The notes under the pieces are model-generated. The model searched no databases. It had not been told where the DNA came from and saw only the letters and a list, made by a program, of their open reading frames with translations. A DNA stretch of 64,000 bases. It comes from Trypanosoma brucei. Its lineage: Eukaryota. Below are positions 1 to 10,088 of this stretch, piece by piece. The position numbers and the translations under genes were made by a program. The DNA lies in the NCBI GenBank assembly GCA_000002445.1, contig CM000207.1, positions 1,952,001 to 2,016,000 of the forward strand. The letters run 5' to 3'. The first letter of the stretch is position 1. Each line of letters begins with the position of its first letter.

Positions 1-810
1 TTCGGAACGAAGAGTCAGAAGAAAAAACCAAAGTGTTCTGAATGTGATGGAAGCGGCCACGTCGTGCAGCATCATCGTTTTGGACCAGGTATGGTACAGC
101 AGACAGTGTCACAGTGCCCACGCTGTGGTGGAGCGGGTACCGTCGCAAAACCCGACGACAAGTGCCCCAAGTGCAAAGGCATGGGCTACCGGCACCTCGT
201 GCAAAGCGTAAGCATTGACATTCCCGCTGGCGTACCGCCAGACGTCACGTTGGTTGTACGAGGTGAGGGTGGCACAATGCCTGAGGCCGAGCCCGGTGAC
301 TTACACGTGCATGTTGAAGTCGAAGAACACAATGTCTTCAAGCGTCGGGGAAATGATCTTGTGGTGGAGAGGGATGTCACCCTTTCGGAAGCGTTGTTGG
401 AGTTTGATCTGTCACTGAAAACGCTTGATGGTCGTTCAATTACTGTGAAGTCACCAAAAAGTTCTGTGCTGCAGCCGAACAGTGTTTTGAGGGTGGCTGG
501 TGAGGGCATGCCGAACTCCAGTGGCGGTAATGGAGACCTCTACATCGTTACGAAACTCAAATTGCCCCGTACCCTCACGGATCAGCAAAAGGAAGCTGTC
601 AAGAAAGCGTTTGGAGAACCAAAGAAGAAAGACCCAGACAGCGGTTCTGACAAAACTGTCACAGCATCTGTGCTTCGAGGAGGCGTACGGGAAATGGAGG
701 AGGCATTACATAGCAACTGGGACTCAGAACGGGGAGGTGGATCACAGCAAGGTAACGGCCGCCGCCGCAGTGGTCGTAAGCAACATACAGCCGAGTGCGT
801 TCATCAGTAG
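1..810 (+). CDS. DnaJ/Hsp40 type-I co-chaperone, 5'-truncated by window edge (zinc-finger CxxCxGxG repeats + C-terminal domain), ends in CaaX box CVHQ
   Basis: Frame 1 is open from nt 1. CxxCxGxG repeats are CSECDGSG, CPRCGGAG and CPKCKGMG. A DnaJ C-terminal beta-sandwich segment follows, then a Gly/Arg-rich tail. The terminal CVHQ (nt 796-807) is a farnesylation-type CaaX as in Ydj1-like DnaJs. The ORF-track start at 64 is GTG, so it is internal. Confidence 0.8.
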   Translation, partial: FGTKSQKKKPKCSECDGSGHVVQHHRFGPGMVQQTVSQCPRCGGAGTVAKPDDKCPKCKGMGYRHLVQSVSIDIPAGVPPDVTLVVRGEGGTMPEAEPGDLHVHVEVEEHNVFKRRGNDLVVERDVTLSEALLEFDLSLKTLDGRSITVKSPKSSVLQPNSVLRVAGEGMPNSSGGNGDLYIVTKLKLPRTLTDQQKEAVKKAFGEPKKKDPDSGSDKTVTASVLRGGVREMEEALHSNWDSERGGGSQQGNGRRRSGRKQHTAECVHQ

Positions 811-1610
811 TCTTTCTTTAGGAGGATATCGGAGTGCTTCCTTTTTATTGTGTTTTTTTTGTTAATTCTCACAGTACATGAAGGCTAACGTCTACATTCA
901 ACTAAATTTACTGTATATTTCTCGGTGTTGTTGGTGTTCTTGTCGTGAAGCTTACTGGAGGGAGACCCTGCTTATTTCCACTTCTTATAGTCTTCACCGC
1001 ACCTGTGGTGGTATAACGTCTGCTTGTTTATCTGTGTTTGTGTGAGCAGGGGTTTGCATCGTACATTTTTTCCACACATAAGCTGCGACCAAAATTGTTG
1101 ATTTTTATTAGTTTGCCGCTTCTCTTGTTTGTTTGTTCGTTTCTTTCTCCCTCCCCCTTCCCGTCCATACGTCTCCCCCCCCTTTCTCGACGTTTTGAGT
1201 GTGTCAGCAACCAACATGAGCCGGTGGGAGTGTAAATAATCTCAGACGCACAACGCATAAAAAACAGGGAATGGAAGAAAGAGTTACGATTCGATACCTG
1301 CATCAGGGAGAAATAATAGAGGGAGGGGGAGAAATTAGTGAGCGAATGAATTATAGAGTGGGGTGAGAAGAGGATGTGAGGGCCGACTAACTCCCAGGCA
1401 TGCAGTTGACAGCAGGTTACTCACACGAAATTTAATCGTACATACCATTTTAAAACATAACGGTAACAATATTAAAATGAAATTATCACTACTTTTACTT
1501 ACGATATCAGACTCGGCAATGATGTCTGTGTATGGTTAGATTCATATGCGTGTGTTGCTGTGTACACGTGCACATTGCAGAGATACCATCTGTGAGCATT
1601 GACTGATATG

Positions 1611-1662
1611 CTGCTTCCCTTTTCACTGGTTTTCAAACATATTTACATTTTTTGGTCGGTAG
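1611..1662 (+). promoter_or_regulatory. polypyrimidine tract + AG: candidate spliced-leader trans-splice acceptor for the 1755 gene
   Basis: The pyrimidine-rich run ctgcttcccttttcactggttttcaaacatatttacattttttggtcggtag is followed by AG. There is no ATG between it and 1755. Confidence 0.4.
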
Positions 1663-1754
1663 AACCCACTGTGTGTTGGAACTCATTCTTAGCGTGCAGA
1701 GGGGGGAAAAAGCAGCATTGCAAAGTAGCGGGGGTGTGCTGAAAGAACATTTAA

Positions 1755-2996
1755 ATGGGTTCAAAGTATGACCGAGTTAAGGTGAAAGTTCATCTCGATG
1801 ATGAGCATTACTATATACTGTCGCGCTTCATACTGTCAAAAATGCTTACAGCATGTAAGTTACCAACCACAGCGGCAGTTTGCGTGAGCCTTGCGCTAAA
1901 GAAATCGTTGGTGGATCAGGAAAGGCTTGATATATCGCAGAGGGAGCTGGAGGCTGCCACTCTCTCAACAATGGCGCAACACGGTTACGGGGCCGCGTTT
2001 ACACGCCTTCTTCCGGTTATGACTCGTTTTTTCATTGAGCGCACCCCGCTTATTGTTTTCATGGCCGGGAGTGGGTGCTGTGGCAAAACCTCTATGGCAC
2101 GTTCTCTGAGTGTGAGACTGAATACGCACAACATTGTCAGTACGGACTTGTTGCTCGATATTCTTAGAGCAACGCACCATGCGTACCCATCTAGTGCTCT
2201 GCGCGGTGATCTGGTTGAGCTTTCCGATGAAAGAGTGTTACCATGTGTAAGCGAACATTCGCTATGGTTGAGTGACACGTTAGCGGTTGATGATTTTGTG
2301 CGGCTGTGGCGAACGCTTACGAGAGCCATTCGCTCGTTAGTGGAAGGAGAGGTAGAAAAAGCGTTAGTGGAGGGGAAAGTTCTCATAGTGGAGGGGAGTC
2401 TTATTGACCTCTCACTGTACCACAATTACCTGTTGGATAGCTTTCAATCCCAACGTGGTGTTATTGCAGTGGCATTTCATATCAGCTCTGATGAAATGTC
2501 TCGCAACTTTGCAGTTGAACGGCTTGTCTCCACGTATCGCAGTGTACTTCCTCTTTCCTATACCGATAATTACAATGGTGCTCTGGAATGGGTTCAGTGT
2601 CGGTTGAGGGCTATTGAAGGGGAACACCTCCGAGTGTTACGAGGTGACAGCAGTGCCATGCAGCTCCATTGTATTGATGACAGTTTGTGTGACCCAGCTA
2701 CCGGTGACTCAACCTCCGTACGGGATCTTAGTGAATCGTACAGTAATGAGACTTCCTCTACTTGTGATACACGACAGTTAAGGTTATCACAAGACAATGC
2801 AGAAATAGTTCCCGTATATGGTGTAACGAACAGCATGGCTGCATCCTCAAGGGTATGTGAGTCCATGCACGGTCTTATTTTAGACCGAATAATCAGCGCA
2901 CTGAAACAAAAAGGACCACTAAATTTGGAGCATGGAAACGTAGTTTGGTGTCAAGCAATGGATTCCGAATACATGTCGCCTACTAACGATACGTGA
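1755..2996 (+). CDS. P-loop NTPase, 2-phosphoglycerate-kinase-like family protein
   Basis: 413-aa ORF with an ATG start. Its Walker A region FMAGSGCCGKTSMARSLSVRLNTHNIVSTDLLLDILR (about nt 2050-2160) matches the G-SG-GK-T..A..L..RL...STD..IR pattern of 2PGK-like P-loop proteins. A polypyrimidine tract lies upstream. Confidence 0.5.
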   Translation: MGSKYDRVKVKVHLDDEHYYILSRFILSKMLTACKLPTTAAVCVSLALKKSLVDQERLDISQRELEAATLSTMAQHGYGAAFTRLLPVMTRFFIERTPLIVFMAGSGCCGKTSMARSLSVRLNTHNIVSTDLLLDILRATHHAYPSSALRGDLVELSDERVLPCVSEHSLWLSDTLAVDDFVRLWRTLTRAIRSLVEGEVEKALVEGKVLIVEGSLIDLSLYHNYLLDSFQSQRGVIAVAFHISSDEMSRNFAVERLVSTYRSVLPLSYTDNYNGALEWVQCRLRAIEGEHLRVLRGDSSAMQLHCIDDSLCDPATGDSTSVRDLSESYSNETSSTCDTRQLRLSQDNAEIVPVYGVTNSMAASSRVCESMHGLILDRIISALKQKGPLNLEHGNVVWCQAMDSEYMSPTNDT

Positions 2997-4140
2997 TTTG
3001 ATGTCAAAAACCTTTTTTTTGTCCCACCATCTAGGTGGATGATCACGATGCTTTGTTTTTTTTTGCTATGGGAACCTTTCCCCTTTCGTCCTTTGCGTCC
3101 ACACGTGGGAGAGGGTGCTAGTTTTTTTTTAATTTTTTGCCAGTTGAAAATAAGACCAATTCGCGCGCACAATTTTGGATGTGTCTCCCTTCTCTCATGT
3201 TGCCACATTAACCACACATTTAATGCATTTTCTTCTGTTCTGCTCTGTTTATTTTTTTTTGAACATGTACACGCACACATTAAAATATATAACACCATGT
3301 GTTTCTCCCTCTTTTCTCTTCGTTTGTGTAATTGAAAACAACAAATGAGGCACCGAAGTAAAAAAAAAAAAGGTAAAATGTTCAACCCGCTCGCACCGAT
3401 GATATTAGCACGGCATGGGGAACGTTTCAGCTGTTATTAGGTCGTCCAGTATGGTGCTTTTAGTCACTTTTGGATTTATTCAACGGCAGCGAGATTCCAC
3501 CTCTGCGTTCCTTTCCGTACTCATGCGTGCCCATTTTTGGTGAGGATTTCATACTGTGTCATGGGCTTTCACCTCAAATGAAAGTCCTTCATATGGTGAC
3601 AAACTTTGCATCTTATGTTAAAATATGCTTTCGACCCTTTTTGAGCTGAGGAGAGCTTTAAAAAAAAAAATGAGGTTTAATGTGTTTATTTGATAAAGCC
3701 GGTAGTTTCCTCACCGATGAATGGGATTCCCCCTAATATTGCGATGGACAATGACATTCACCATTTGTTTTCATATTTTCGCAACCGGCAGTTGCACGAA
3801 CCCACACTTAGAAACGTATCCCCGCTTCCCGAACAATTTGTTAATAATGGCAATAATCTGAAAAAAACGCTCCTATACACACTCCCTGTTGATTTCACAA
3901 TAACTTTTCGTATCGTAGTGATTGCTAATGCTCATGCTATGCTCTGTTGCTATTGACTCACATTGCTTTTGTTTTTTTTTCGTGTATTGGCTCGGTGGTG
4001 TTCACTAAATTCTTTCGTTACGTACTTCTTTGAGATAAAGGCACAAAACAACATTAGGAGCAATACAACAAGGGAACTACAACCCCCCTTATTATAACTG
4101 TAATTATTCTCATTGTTGATAGGACTTCGAGCAAAATTAT

Positions 4141-5172
4141 ATGCTTCGCCGCACGCTGCGGAAGAGGGGCGGATTCTTTCAGAATTTCAAATCCGATAAA
4201 AATAATTTCTTTACTTCGCTGTGGAATAAGCCACAAACCCGTGATGAACGCGTTAAAAGTTATGTGCCAGAGGTGATTGAGGAAAGTCTTCAGGAACAGC
4301 GCGCCGTGCTGCAAGAGAATACTGCACGTGATGTTGTAGTTGAACTTGGTTATAAAATCTTGCGCGAGATCGAAAACAAGCGGCCGACGCCGAGTATCGC
4401 GCCACATCTGGACAAAATCCTCCAAGAGTACGGATGCAAAGACCTTATCGCCCAACGGCCACTAAGTTACTTGCTTTATCCATGTTCCAGTATGAGTGGT
4501 GGGCACCAGCCGCATGAACTGGTCTCTAACTTCACGGAAAATTTTCGTGAACTTGTAGAAGAGGTAGAGCGCAGTGGCTGCTCGTTACGCGTTGGTAAGC
4601 GTGCCAACATAAGTAAAACGACTCGAGGAAAGGACACATTAGAAAATGTTTCTGACGATGCTGCCACCTTGCAGGAAGCGTCCTCGGATGATAAGCCATC
4701 GGATACGTCGAAGTCTGGACCTGTTATAATGGTGGCAAAAGAGGAGCATGAACCAATGGATGTTACGCTCTTCATAAGGGTGGTGTCTGCAATGGCACTC
4801 GCCAACGTACAAAACGGTGATTTGAGCAGTGCTGTGCGGTGTGTGGACGTATGCCTGGATTATGTGGTTGAGCCTTCACGCCACGGTGGCCTACTAGGAA
4901 TGAAAGCGGGGATTCTCGTGCATCAGCGGAAGTTCGAAGAAGCCGTCCAATGCGCAAATGAAGCTGTTCAAGTATCTGGGAATATACAGGGGTATATACA
5001 TGGGGCCTTTGCATTACGTATGTTGAACAAACTTAAAGAGGTGGTTCAGTTACTTGAAAAGGGGAGAGAAGATCATCCAATGAACACACAAATTGTTGAT
5101 TTGATTGAGGAAGCGCGTAAAGACCTTGAGGATAAGCCAGTAGTGGAAGAAACAAAGAAAATTACCTCATAA
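4141..5172 (+). CDS. hypothetical protein with C-terminal TPR-like helical repeats
   Basis: 343-aa ORF with an ATG start and no earlier ATG after the upstream poly-Y/AG. The C-terminal 120 aa show TPR-like periodicity (ALANVQNGDLSSAVRCVDVCLDYV ... AVQCANEAVQV). Confidence 0.5.
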   Translation: MLRRTLRKRGGFFQNFKSDKNNFFTSLWNKPQTRDERVKSYVPEVIEESLQEQRAVLQENTARDVVVELGYKILREIENKRPTPSIAPHLDKILQEYGCKDLIAQRPLSYLLYPCSSMSGGHQPHELVSNFTENFRELVEEVERSGCSLRVGKRANISKTTRGKDTLENVSDDAATLQEASSDDKPSDTSKSGPVIMVAKEEHEPMDVTLFIRVVSAMALANVQNGDLSSAVRCVDVCLDYVVEPSRHGGLLGMKAGILVHQRKFEEAVQCANEAVQVSGNIQGYIHGAFALRMLNKLKEVVQLLEKGREDHPMNTQIVDLIEEARKDLEDKPVVEETKKITS

Positions 5173-5589
5173 ATGACGACGAAAATTACGTGAAGTTGAA
5201 GAGAAGAATATGGATGTGGGAAGGTAAAAAAAAAAATGACAAAAAGGGGTTCCCGGTGGTAAAATCAGGTTTTGCAACAATAATAGCGAATTGTGCAACA
5301 GCGTTTCGACGTGGGAAACTGGCATTTGCTAATACAATGGATCGTACTAACAAAGCCAGACGTTTGTTAACTGTGGATCCATCATCATTTTCGCTTTTGT
5401 ACTCGAACTGGTTCCACATAATCCTTTTCTACTCCAATGGAGCGTCACTTTTGGGTCCGTGCTGATTATATCATGAATGCTCTGATTATGACGACATCGG
5501 TGAGAGCCCCTCGAATTCGACGTTCACTTTTATATCTTTAAGACACATCGAAGAGAACACATATATTTCCGATGCGGGTCACTAGTATC

Positions 5590-5600
5590 GGGGGGGGGGG
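5590..5600. repeat. G11 homopolymer
   Basis: Direct reading: ggggggggggg in intergenic DNA. Confidence 0.9.
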
Positions 5601-6359
5601 TGTAACTTCAAAACACTTATTTTTCGTTTCGTGCATCGAATTTTGTTAACCTACCACGGAGAATATTGTCGAATCACAACTGCCCGGATTTTAGGGGATC
5701 TGCTGCAGCACGTCTGAGGGCCATCATTATTTCACGCTCACAACACTCTTTCTTTTCTTTGCGTGCGGTATGGGTGAACGCTTTTGCTACCTTTTGATGC
5801 GCAATGAATTTCCGTTCTATCCCGATTATCGTGACTACTTGGCGATTAAATATCTTTCTTTTTTGTCACCAACCCTGTTGATGGTTTAACGCGTGGATTA
5901 CAGACCAACATATACCATCATTTTCTATCTGGGAACTGTGGAAAAATTGGTTACGTCACGAAATTTCTAATGGATGTGAGGGGAGGAGGTGCCAACCTTA
6001 CGTTTTATTACAAATATGAAAAACGATCAACATCAGCCACAGTATGTGGTGGTCGTGTTTATTCAAATTTTGATCACGACTTAACTTAACGTCGTCATAT
6101 GTTGTTTCGCTGGGCTGGAAGAGAACTCTCATATCGAATTCGTCCCGACTCTGACGAATTAAGGGGTGGAATTCGGGAGTAAGTTGTTTATCACATCGAC
6201 ACGGGGGATGCTGTTTTGAGTTCTTTTATTTTATATCTTCTTTTGTATTGGTGGCAGTACGTACGGACAGATGTGTATACAGACGGAACGGATATTGGGG
6301 TTTTGGTTACTTTGTATAGGCTTTCTTTTATGTCCGCACCTGTGGATCTGACAAGCTCT

Positions 6360-6440
6360 ATAATGTTACTCTTTTTCTTTTTCTTTTGCTTTGTGCATTG
6401 TGTTTCACCTTTTTTCTCCTTAAAAAATCTCAAAAAATTC
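6360..6440 (+). promoter_or_regulatory. polypyrimidine tract: candidate trans-splicing/polyadenylation signal upstream of PPR gene
   Basis: ttactctttttctttttcttttgctttgtgcattgtgtttcaccttttttctcc. Confidence 0.4.
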
Positions 6441-6628
6441 CCACCATATAACGATGTAGTGACACAGGCAGGAACAGTGGATCGAGCTTGTTTTTGTTGT
6501 GTGTGTGTGTGGAACAACACTACGTACGGTTTAATTTCGGTAGGCCGTGACAACGGGTGGTTTCTAATAACGACGTAACGCTATCTACCTGTGCCGTTAA
6601 TCACACGACGATAAATAATAACAATAAC

Positions 6629-9600
6629 ATGAAACTACTGCGACGAGGGATCGTCCGCATCCGGAATGTGGCAGCCTTTCCCATTCCCCCCGCACTGCTT
6701 TGCGCACGGCGTGGCGTGACCTCTACGCCGGTTTCTATGCAGAACGCACGTAGTGGGCATTTTCGTCCCTTTTCATCAGACGATGAAGCCCAGCTGGCGG
6801 CAATACTCACAACAAAACCGCGGCATGTGGCTCGATACGTTCGTCAGTCGGTTCTTCATTCACGGCGAAAAATAACCCACTTTCGCAACAGCGTTACCTT
6901 TCTCATGATTGCTTTGCAGTCGAGACTGCAACGAAGTGAAATATCTCCAGCAGATGCTTCTGCACTGGTAGAGAGTCTTATGAAAGAGTGTGTTGAGCTT
7001 CGGCAGGGGGATATGGCGCATCTCCTCTTTCGGGCGTCTATTCGATTCCGTAAATACGGTATGCCTATGCATTATCCCTTAGTAAAACATCTATTTGACT
7101 CCTACAGATCTGATAACGCTCGGGACCTCATGAAAAACATGGCTGATGAGCTGCGTGGTGACGAAACCCTGCGAATGTTAGCGGTACTATCGTATCAACT
7201 GTCCGGAAAATATGAGGAGGGGGAGAAACTCCTGCAAGAAATTCCCTTGGAGAAGATTGGCACAGAAGACTATTGTGCTCTTCTAGGAACGTATGGAATG
7301 ACTTCACAATACAGGCGTATCATTTCCCTCACCAATCAGCTACTGAATCATCGAGAGGCGGCGAACGGGTCACGTTTTGATTTCGACGCCATATTTTCAG
7401 CTGCAATCATAGCGATCCGTGGCGATGGTGACATGCTTGAGGAGGTGACGAAACAGGCACTGGACAATCGGGCGCAGTTATCAGACCAAGCTATCGGAAC
7501 CCTCATGCGGGCTCGGTTGCAGCGGTGTCGCACTGCCTCCGATGTGTACGAGGCTGAAAGGTTGCTTCGTGAGGATTTAGGGGTTAACATGCTGGGGATG
7601 GCTGCTCAAACGGCAGTAATTGCTCGCTGCAGCGAAATCTTATCGAAAGGTCAAAAGGTGAGCGACGAGATTATGCTGCAGAAGGTTCAACTCCTCGACA
7701 GTGCAGTTGATGAGTCTGTGGCAAATGACGCCATTGATAACTTGGAGCCATCCTACCTGACGTCACTTATTAAGGGGTATGGCGTACTTGGTCGTTTTGA
7801 TGACATGAAGCGATGCTTCAACCGCCTAAAGGAAGCTGGTGCCTTGCATGACGGTCGTTTGTATGACGAAATGCTACGCTGGTATGCACACGCGTACAAC
7901 CTTAAAGAGGTTATTGCGTTGAAGGAGGAGATGCAGGAGCAGCATATTTATCACACAGCGTATACTTACCAGCATTTGTTTCGTGTTCTCGATAAATACT
8001 ACCCTCGTATGGTAGAGAAGTACATGAACGAGATGCGTAGCAAGGGGATCCAGATTGAATATTACATGTATCCGACGCTTCTGCGCGTGTTCGGTGTTTT
8101 GCAGGACTACTCAATTGTGGAGCAGCTTTACCGGGAGATTAAAGGTAAGGTTGCTGCTGGAGATGTCCAAGTCTTTTCTCCTGCAGTTGCAGTGCAATTA
8201 CTGAAGACATATCAACACGACACAAGTCGTTGCGAGGTTATTATACAAGAAGCTGAGAACTACGGATTACTAGCGAACGAAGCAGTGCAAGCTGAGATCG
8301 TGCAATACTACTCCATGAATAACCGACACGAGGATTTAAATGCTTTGGTTTCACGAATACCATATAAATCTCCGGATATCTATCGCGTTCTCCTTCGTGA
8401 TACGTCAAAGCACCGCAATCGTCAAGGTTTCGACGCTCTTCTCAAAGAAATGCGGGAGAGGCACGTTTCTGTAAATGAGCGAACATTCGGCGAGGTGATA
8501 ACGGGTTTGGGGCACTTTAACGACTTAGAAGGTGTAAAGCGGTATTTCCATGAAGCCCTTACCAGCAATGCCGTACGGTCGCCATTGTTCTTCGCCGTTG
8601 CAGCGTCTGCCTTTGCCCGTTTGGGCGATGCGCAGGCAGTGGACGAGTGTTGGAACGATCTCCTGCAATCCAAGGTTACCATAACGATGCCCGTGTACAA
8701 CAAGTTTCTTGATTTGTACATGGCTAGCAACAATGTGGAAATGGTGCAGCAGATTCTCAACACTATGATGAAACTCGTGCCACCCAACCCTGTAACGGCT
8801 ACGACAGTTGTTGACATGCTTGGAAAGATGGGCAGGCTCAGTGAGATGGAGTGCGTGTTAGAGGAGATGTCTCGATCCGCCAATGCAGCCCCCACGCAGG
8901 TGACGTACCACCAGGCAATGAATGCCTATGCGAAAAGCGGGGACGTTACTAAGATGGAGGCGATGCGGGAAAAAATGAAAGAAGAAGGGTTTCAGGAGAA
9001 TCACATCACATTTAATATTCTTTTTGAGGGTTACGGGCGCGCTAAGCGATACGAACGCGTAAAGGAATTGGTGGAGGAACGTAAAAGCAAGCAAATAGCA
9101 ATGGAAGAATTTGGCTATGCCGTGCTTCTCAACATTTACTCACGTGCGCACATGGTGGAAGAAACGACACAGATTGTAGAAGAAATGGTTTCTGCCGGTG
9201 TACCGTTTACTAGCCGCATGCTGGCAACCCTCGCAACTTCTTTTAGCTACATTGGTGATATACCAAAGGTGGAGCACTACGTGTCGCTACTCCTCTCCCA
9301 CAGGGACCGACGACAACGGGACGTGGAATCAGTTTACCTCATGTACGCTAAAATGCGTGACACTGTAAAGATTCAGGAGCTTTTGGATTCTGAGAAACTT
9401 CCCAAGACACAGTTTATTTATAACGTGTGTGTAGGTGCGTTTGCGCGGGCCGGTGAGCACACTAAGGTTGCGTCGCTGCTCACACAAATGGAAGAGAGAG
9501 GGTTCACCCTCTCCCGTAACACAAGCGTGACGCTCAGTACCCTTTTGCTCAAGGCTGGAAAGTTGGAGTTAGCTCAGACCGTGTTAAAGTGGAAGGGATG

Positions 9601-9697
9601 CACTCCTAGCGGGGGGAGGGAAAGGGAAGGTGAGGAAGGGGAGGAAATTGAAATCGAAGACACGACGGCTTTGGGTGCAGATGATCGTGCACATTAA
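6629..9697 (+). CDS. pentatricopeptide repeat (PPR) protein, predicted mitochondrial
   Basis: The ORF-track start 6557 is GTG; the first ATG is 6629 (MKLLRRGIVRIRNVAAFP...), which is Arg-rich like a mitochondrial presequence. Repeated 35-aa PPR-like units are visible, e.g. VTYHQAMNAYAKSGDVTKMEAMREKMKEEGFQENHITFNILFEGYGRAKRYERVKELVEE and YAVLLNIYSRAHMVEETTQIVEEMVSAGVPF. Confidence 0.7.
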   Translation: MKLLRRGIVRIRNVAAFPIPPALLCARRGVTSTPVSMQNARSGHFRPFSSDDEAQLAAILTTKPRHVARYVRQSVLHSRRKITHFRNSVTFLMIALQSRLQRSEISPADASALVESLMKECVELRQGDMAHLLFRASIRFRKYGMPMHYPLVKHLFDSYRSDNARDLMKNMADELRGDETLRMLAVLSYQLSGKYEEGEKLLQEIPLEKIGTEDYCALLGTYGMTSQYRRIISLTNQLLNHREAANGSRFDFDAIFSAAIIAIRGDGDMLEEVTKQALDNRAQLSDQAIGTLMRARLQRCRTASDVYEAERLLREDLGVNMLGMAAQTAVIARCSEILSKGQKVSDEIMLQKVQLLDSAVDESVANDAIDNLEPSYLTSLIKGYGVLGRFDDMKRCFNRLKEAGALHDGRLYDEMLRWYAHAYNLKEVIALKEEMQEQHIYHTAYTYQHLFRVLDKYYPRMVEKYMNEMRSKGIQIEYYMYPTLLRVFGVLQDYSIVEQLYREIKGKVAAGDVQVFSPAVAVQLLKTYQHDTSRCEVIIQEAENYGLLANEAVQAEIVQYYSMNNRHEDLNALVSRIPYKSPDIYRVLLRDTSKHRNRQGFDALLKEMRERHVSVNERTFGEVITGLGHFNDLEGVKRYFHEALTSNAVRSPLFFAVAASAFARLGDAQAVDECWNDLLQSKVTITMPVYNKFLDLYMASNNVEMVQQILNTMMKLVPPNPVTATTVVDMLGKMGRLSEMECVLEEMSRSANAAPTQVTYHQAMNAYAKSGDVTKMEAMREKMKEEGFQENHITFNILFEGYGRAKRYERVKELVEERKSKQIAMEEFGYAVLLNIYSRAHMVEETTQIVEEMVSAGVPFTSRMLATLATSFSYIGDIPKVEHYVSLLLSHRDRRQRDVESVYLMYAKMRDTVKIQELLDSEKLPKTQFIYNVCVGAFARAGEHTKVASLLTQMEERGFTLSRNTSVTLSTLLLKAGKLELAQTVLKWKGCTPSGGREREGEEGEEIEIEDTTALGADDRAH

Positions 9698-9949
9698 CAC
9701 AACTGAGCAAGGTTAAAGAGAGGAGGATGCTAACGCCACTTGCAAAATGCCACTTAACTGATCTAGTGTTGGTTGAAGTTGCAGCGTCCGATTAGCACAG
9801 GAAACTTCTTTATACATATATATGTTCTTATCGTTTTCCTTCCCCACACAAAATGGTGCTGTGTCCTCTTCTCGTATGTTGTAACCCTCGTATTCTTTTA
9901 TTTAATAATTATGTGAGGTTTCCCCGTACATCAGCAACTGTCGTTCTTT

Positions 9950-10017
9950 AATGTTCCCTCCTTCCCTTTGTTCCTGTTCTTTACGTGCTGTCTCTAGCTC
10001 TCACACCCCTGCGCTAG
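9950..10017 (+). promoter_or_regulatory. polypyrimidine tract + AG upstream of ATG 10089 (inside the longer 9951 ORF extension)
   Basis: ttccctccttccctttgttcctgttctttacgtgctgtctctagctctcacacccctgcgctagg. This supports 10089 as the functional start codon. Confidence 0.4.
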
Positions 10018-10088
10018 GGTTGATCATATCAACTCAGTTGCGGGTAGTTGCACGCAATAAAGCCGTTGCTACCTCACAAAACACCTTA

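Noticed and set aside
5190-5465. Small + strand ORFs in intergenic spacers (5190-5465, 6216-6578, 36081-36437, 42716-43066, 43700-43966)
   Set aside because: They have biased/low-complexity composition, overlap polypyrimidine tracts, and lack recognisable domains. They are more likely UTR sequence than genes, though ribosome profiling could revisit them.
6557-6628. Upstream extensions of ORFs starting with GTG/TTG in the supplied track (also 64, 18090, 21930, 30250, 33517, 34312, 51405, 59558)
   Set aside because: The track evidently uses an alternative-start table. This is a eukaryote that initiates at AUG, so each gene was re-started at the first in-frame ATG.
8422-8895. 157-aa minus-strand ORF inside the PPR gene (also 45207-45701, 15019-15453, 2951-3385 on the minus strand)
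   Set aside because: These are antisense to well-supported + strand CDSs and have no motifs. They are artefacts of six-frame translation.
9951-10088. ATG-initiated 46-codon N-terminal extension of the TYW4-like gene
   Set aside because: It contains a polypyrimidine tract and an AG dinucleotide typical of the trans-splice acceptor region. The downstream ATG gives the canonical LCMT N-terminus. It is kept as an alternative only.
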